DNA of 64,000 nucleotides from Raja brachyura. Lineage: Eukaryota. Below the pieces are notes generated by a model, which saw nothing but the letters and a program-made list of their open reading frames with translations, was not told the DNA's origin and searched no databases. The stretch lies in the NCBI GenBank assembly GCA_963514005.1, contig OY740794.1, positions 14,384,001 to 14,448,000 of the forward strand, in the 5' to 3' direction. This document shows, in pieces, positions 61,331 to 64,000 of this stretch (within the stretch, counting starts at the first letter, position 1; the number at the start of each line of letters is the position of its first letter). The translations under genes and the position numbers were made by a program.

Positions 61331-63274
61331 CTGTTCAGATGCTGGGAAACCTTTGGGAGCCAAGAGATAAGTAAACAAGTCACAGGTCTGTTTTTGTAGC
61401 TATTTACATGGATGGACAAGCTGAATACCTGGACAATGGTACCCCCCTATTTTATAGATTACTTTAGCCTCTGTAATGTCATTGAATGTGAGAAGGCGGT
61501 AACTTAATTCTCAGTTTTGGACTTTGCCTTGCATTTGGTTATATTATTAGCAAAAATTGCTGTTATCCATTTCTTGCTGAACTACCATCAAAGGCAACAA
61601 CATTATCCAAAAAGCAGCAGTCACAACTGAAAAACTGAAGATGATGTTTTTCAAAAATCATCTCAAATGTAACTAAAATGATGCATCGTAAGGAAAAGCT
61701 AAATGGCACAAATCCAGTGTTTACATATATAGGCATTGTAATTCCTGTTTCCACTCACTTTCTCTCCTTGTAGGCTCATGTTTTGTGTAGGTGGCTTCAA
61801 GCGTTTTGTAGACTGGGAGTGTGTAATGAAGACTGAAATCATCGGCTGTCTACAACAGTGTTGACATTTCTACATGTGAAGACAGAGGGAATGTCAGCTG
61901 GCCTTATCAAGCAGGAGGTTTAAATCATCAAGTGGAGCAGAGGATCTCTGGATTAGGTGCACTTTACTGGAACACTGTTTGCACAAATCCTCTTACAGAC
62001 GATGAAGAGTTCGGCAAAGTGCAAAATGCAGAAATGCAGCATGTTGTGGGCGATCTGATTTTGTAACTCAGGCTGTGGTAACTGAGTCTTTATAACTTTG
62101 GTTTGCAAAAACTCTGGACAGTAAGGAAGAACTAAGGCTGCTACCGCTTAACACATTTGGACACCCCTGAAAGACGATGCATAGAGCTTCATACCAAAAC
62201 CCAACAGTTACAAAAAAATTGAATAATAGGAAGGACAGCATGATGTTCAGCTTTGAAACAGGTGGGAAGGAATAATAATTGTGGTTTGAGTCACAGAATA
62301 GTGTAAAACAATAAAAAATAAAATGAAATGGTTAAACTGTCGGCTGGATGTGGAGGGATTATTTTGCAATTGCTTTTATCTCGACCAGGAGAATGCAAAT
62401 TGTGGGAAGAGCAGAGTTGCAATTTGGATACATCTGGATGCTACGCATTATTTATTGTTAAGGGGAAGAGAGATATCTGGCACAAAAGATGAAAGAAGTT
62501 TTCACAATGGACGGGTGGGAGGACAACTTAAAAACTGTTGGAGACAAGACTGTCAGCAGAGTGAAACTAAAGGATAAGACTCCTTGGCTACACATGAAGA
62601 AATTGTCTTTGATGAATTGAGGGCAATACAATTTTCATTGTCCGGGGATTGAAGAAAGTAATATCATACTGCAATGAAAGAAAGACCTTACATTTGCTAA
62701 TGCGTTTCATAACCCCAGGGCAAAACAAAGTGTTCCACAGGTGATGAAATATGTTTGATGTCTTTTGACAGTTGTAATGTTGTGAAGCCCAATTAAACCT
62801 TTGCACTGGAGCAAATGCAAGATACATACAGAGAGAATAGCTCTTGAATTGGATTGATGACTTATCATTAAAAAAAGAGTTATATTAACAGAAAATGTAA
62901 ATGTAGGGTCATGATATGGAGAATGGAGTAAACAAAGGTGAGTTGATTGGGAGGCCAGAACTGAAGTACAGAGGAAGATGTCAATTTTGGGTGAAATCAG
63001 GGAGGACACACAAAGAACTGGGGATGCTTGGAATCTTGAGCATGATTCTTGAGCATAAAGATGGGTCTTGACCCAAACATCAACTATCCATTCCCTCCAC
63101 AGATGCTGCCTTTACCACTGTGTTGGTCCAGGGTTGCACCAGCTTACACATGCAGTTTGGTAGAATGAAGGATCAGTGATAATTGTTCCAAGATGTAAGG
63201 CACTAGGTTGTGAGGCTTGTGAGGTGATGCCCTTGTACCAAAAGAGTGCTTCAGTAAGGATCCATGTCATCAAG

Positions 63275-64000
63275 TCATAGTGTCAAACAGCACAGAAACA
63301 GGCCCTTAGGCATAATGTGCCCGTGCCGAAAAGTGCCTCATTACGATAGTCCCACTTGCCTGTGTTTGCACCATATTCCTCTGACATTATATCTGTATCC
63401 ATGTACTGGTACCTGTCCAAATATATTTTAAATGGATTAATAGTACCTGTGTCAACTACCACCTCTATCAGCATGTTCCACATACTCACCACTCTCTATG
63501 TGACAAAGTTAATGCTCAGATTCCTATTAGATTTTCCTCCTCTTACCGTAAACCTATGTCCTCTGGTTTTTGATTCTGCTACTCTTGGTAAAAGCCTATT
63601 TGTATTCACACCATCTATTCCTCCCATGATCTTATACACATCTATAAGATCACCCCTCATCCTCCTGCGCCCCAAGGACTAGACTGCCCAACATCTCCCT
63701 ATAGCTCAGCCCCTCAAATCCTGGTAACATTATTGTAAATCGTTTCTGCATTCTTTCCAGCTTAACAACATCCTTCCTATAGCAGAGTACTACTGCAGAC
63801 CTTGCACTTAACACTCCAATAGCTCAACGATGTGTACAGCAGTGGCGAGCCACTATACAGCACAAGGGCACAAAAGAAGGCAGCAGAGTGACCACAACTT
63901 AACACAATATCCAAAATGTGGTCTCACCAATGTCTTGTACAACTGTAATATAACAACCCAACTTCTATACTTATTACCCTGGCTGATTACGACCAAAGCA
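63275..64000 (-). mobile_element. CR1 LINE 3' fragment
   Basis: VVSMWNML..VVVDTGTI.PFK.YLDRY C-terminus, CACAGAAACAGGCCCTT tail. Runs off the window end. Confidence 0.85.

Noticed and set aside
4543-63130. Recurrent palindromic repeat as a CRISPR- or REP-like array
   Set aside because: Copies are dispersed, irregularly spaced, diverged and linked to a Penelope GIY-YIG remnant in a vertebrate genome

Overview
Eukaryotic (not microbial) DNA from a cartilaginous fish, most likely a skate or ray. This is inferred from abundant HE1/V-type SINEs, SacSINE-like Deu-SINEs, and CR1, Rex1 and Penelope remnants. The only host protein-coding sequence I can support is the 37-nt first coding exon of MECOM (MDS1-EVI1/PRDM3; MRSKGRARKLAT) on the minus strand at 56023-56059, with a perfect Kozak context and a GT donor. 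Positions 1-56022 are therefore the proximal part of its very large first intron, and about 56350-64000 is promoter and upstream DNA. A broad CpG-rich, almost transposon-free domain surrounds the exon. The intron alternates transposon debris with repeat-free blocks rich in homeodomain motifs that look like conserved non-coding elements. The most interesting signals are: (i) more than 20 Penelope-like 3' termini, often as head-to-head palindromes, whose consensus carries a minimal hammerhead-ribozyme core; (ii) a MECOM 5' leader with two tiny uORFs that appears deeply conserved; (iii) a well-formed non-coding exon antisense to MECOM; (iv) three MITE families sharing one terminal motif. I see no clear evidence of a wholly new protein-based system. 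Nearly all ORFs in the track are spurious or transposon-derived. Repeat boundaries were set by eye and are approximate.
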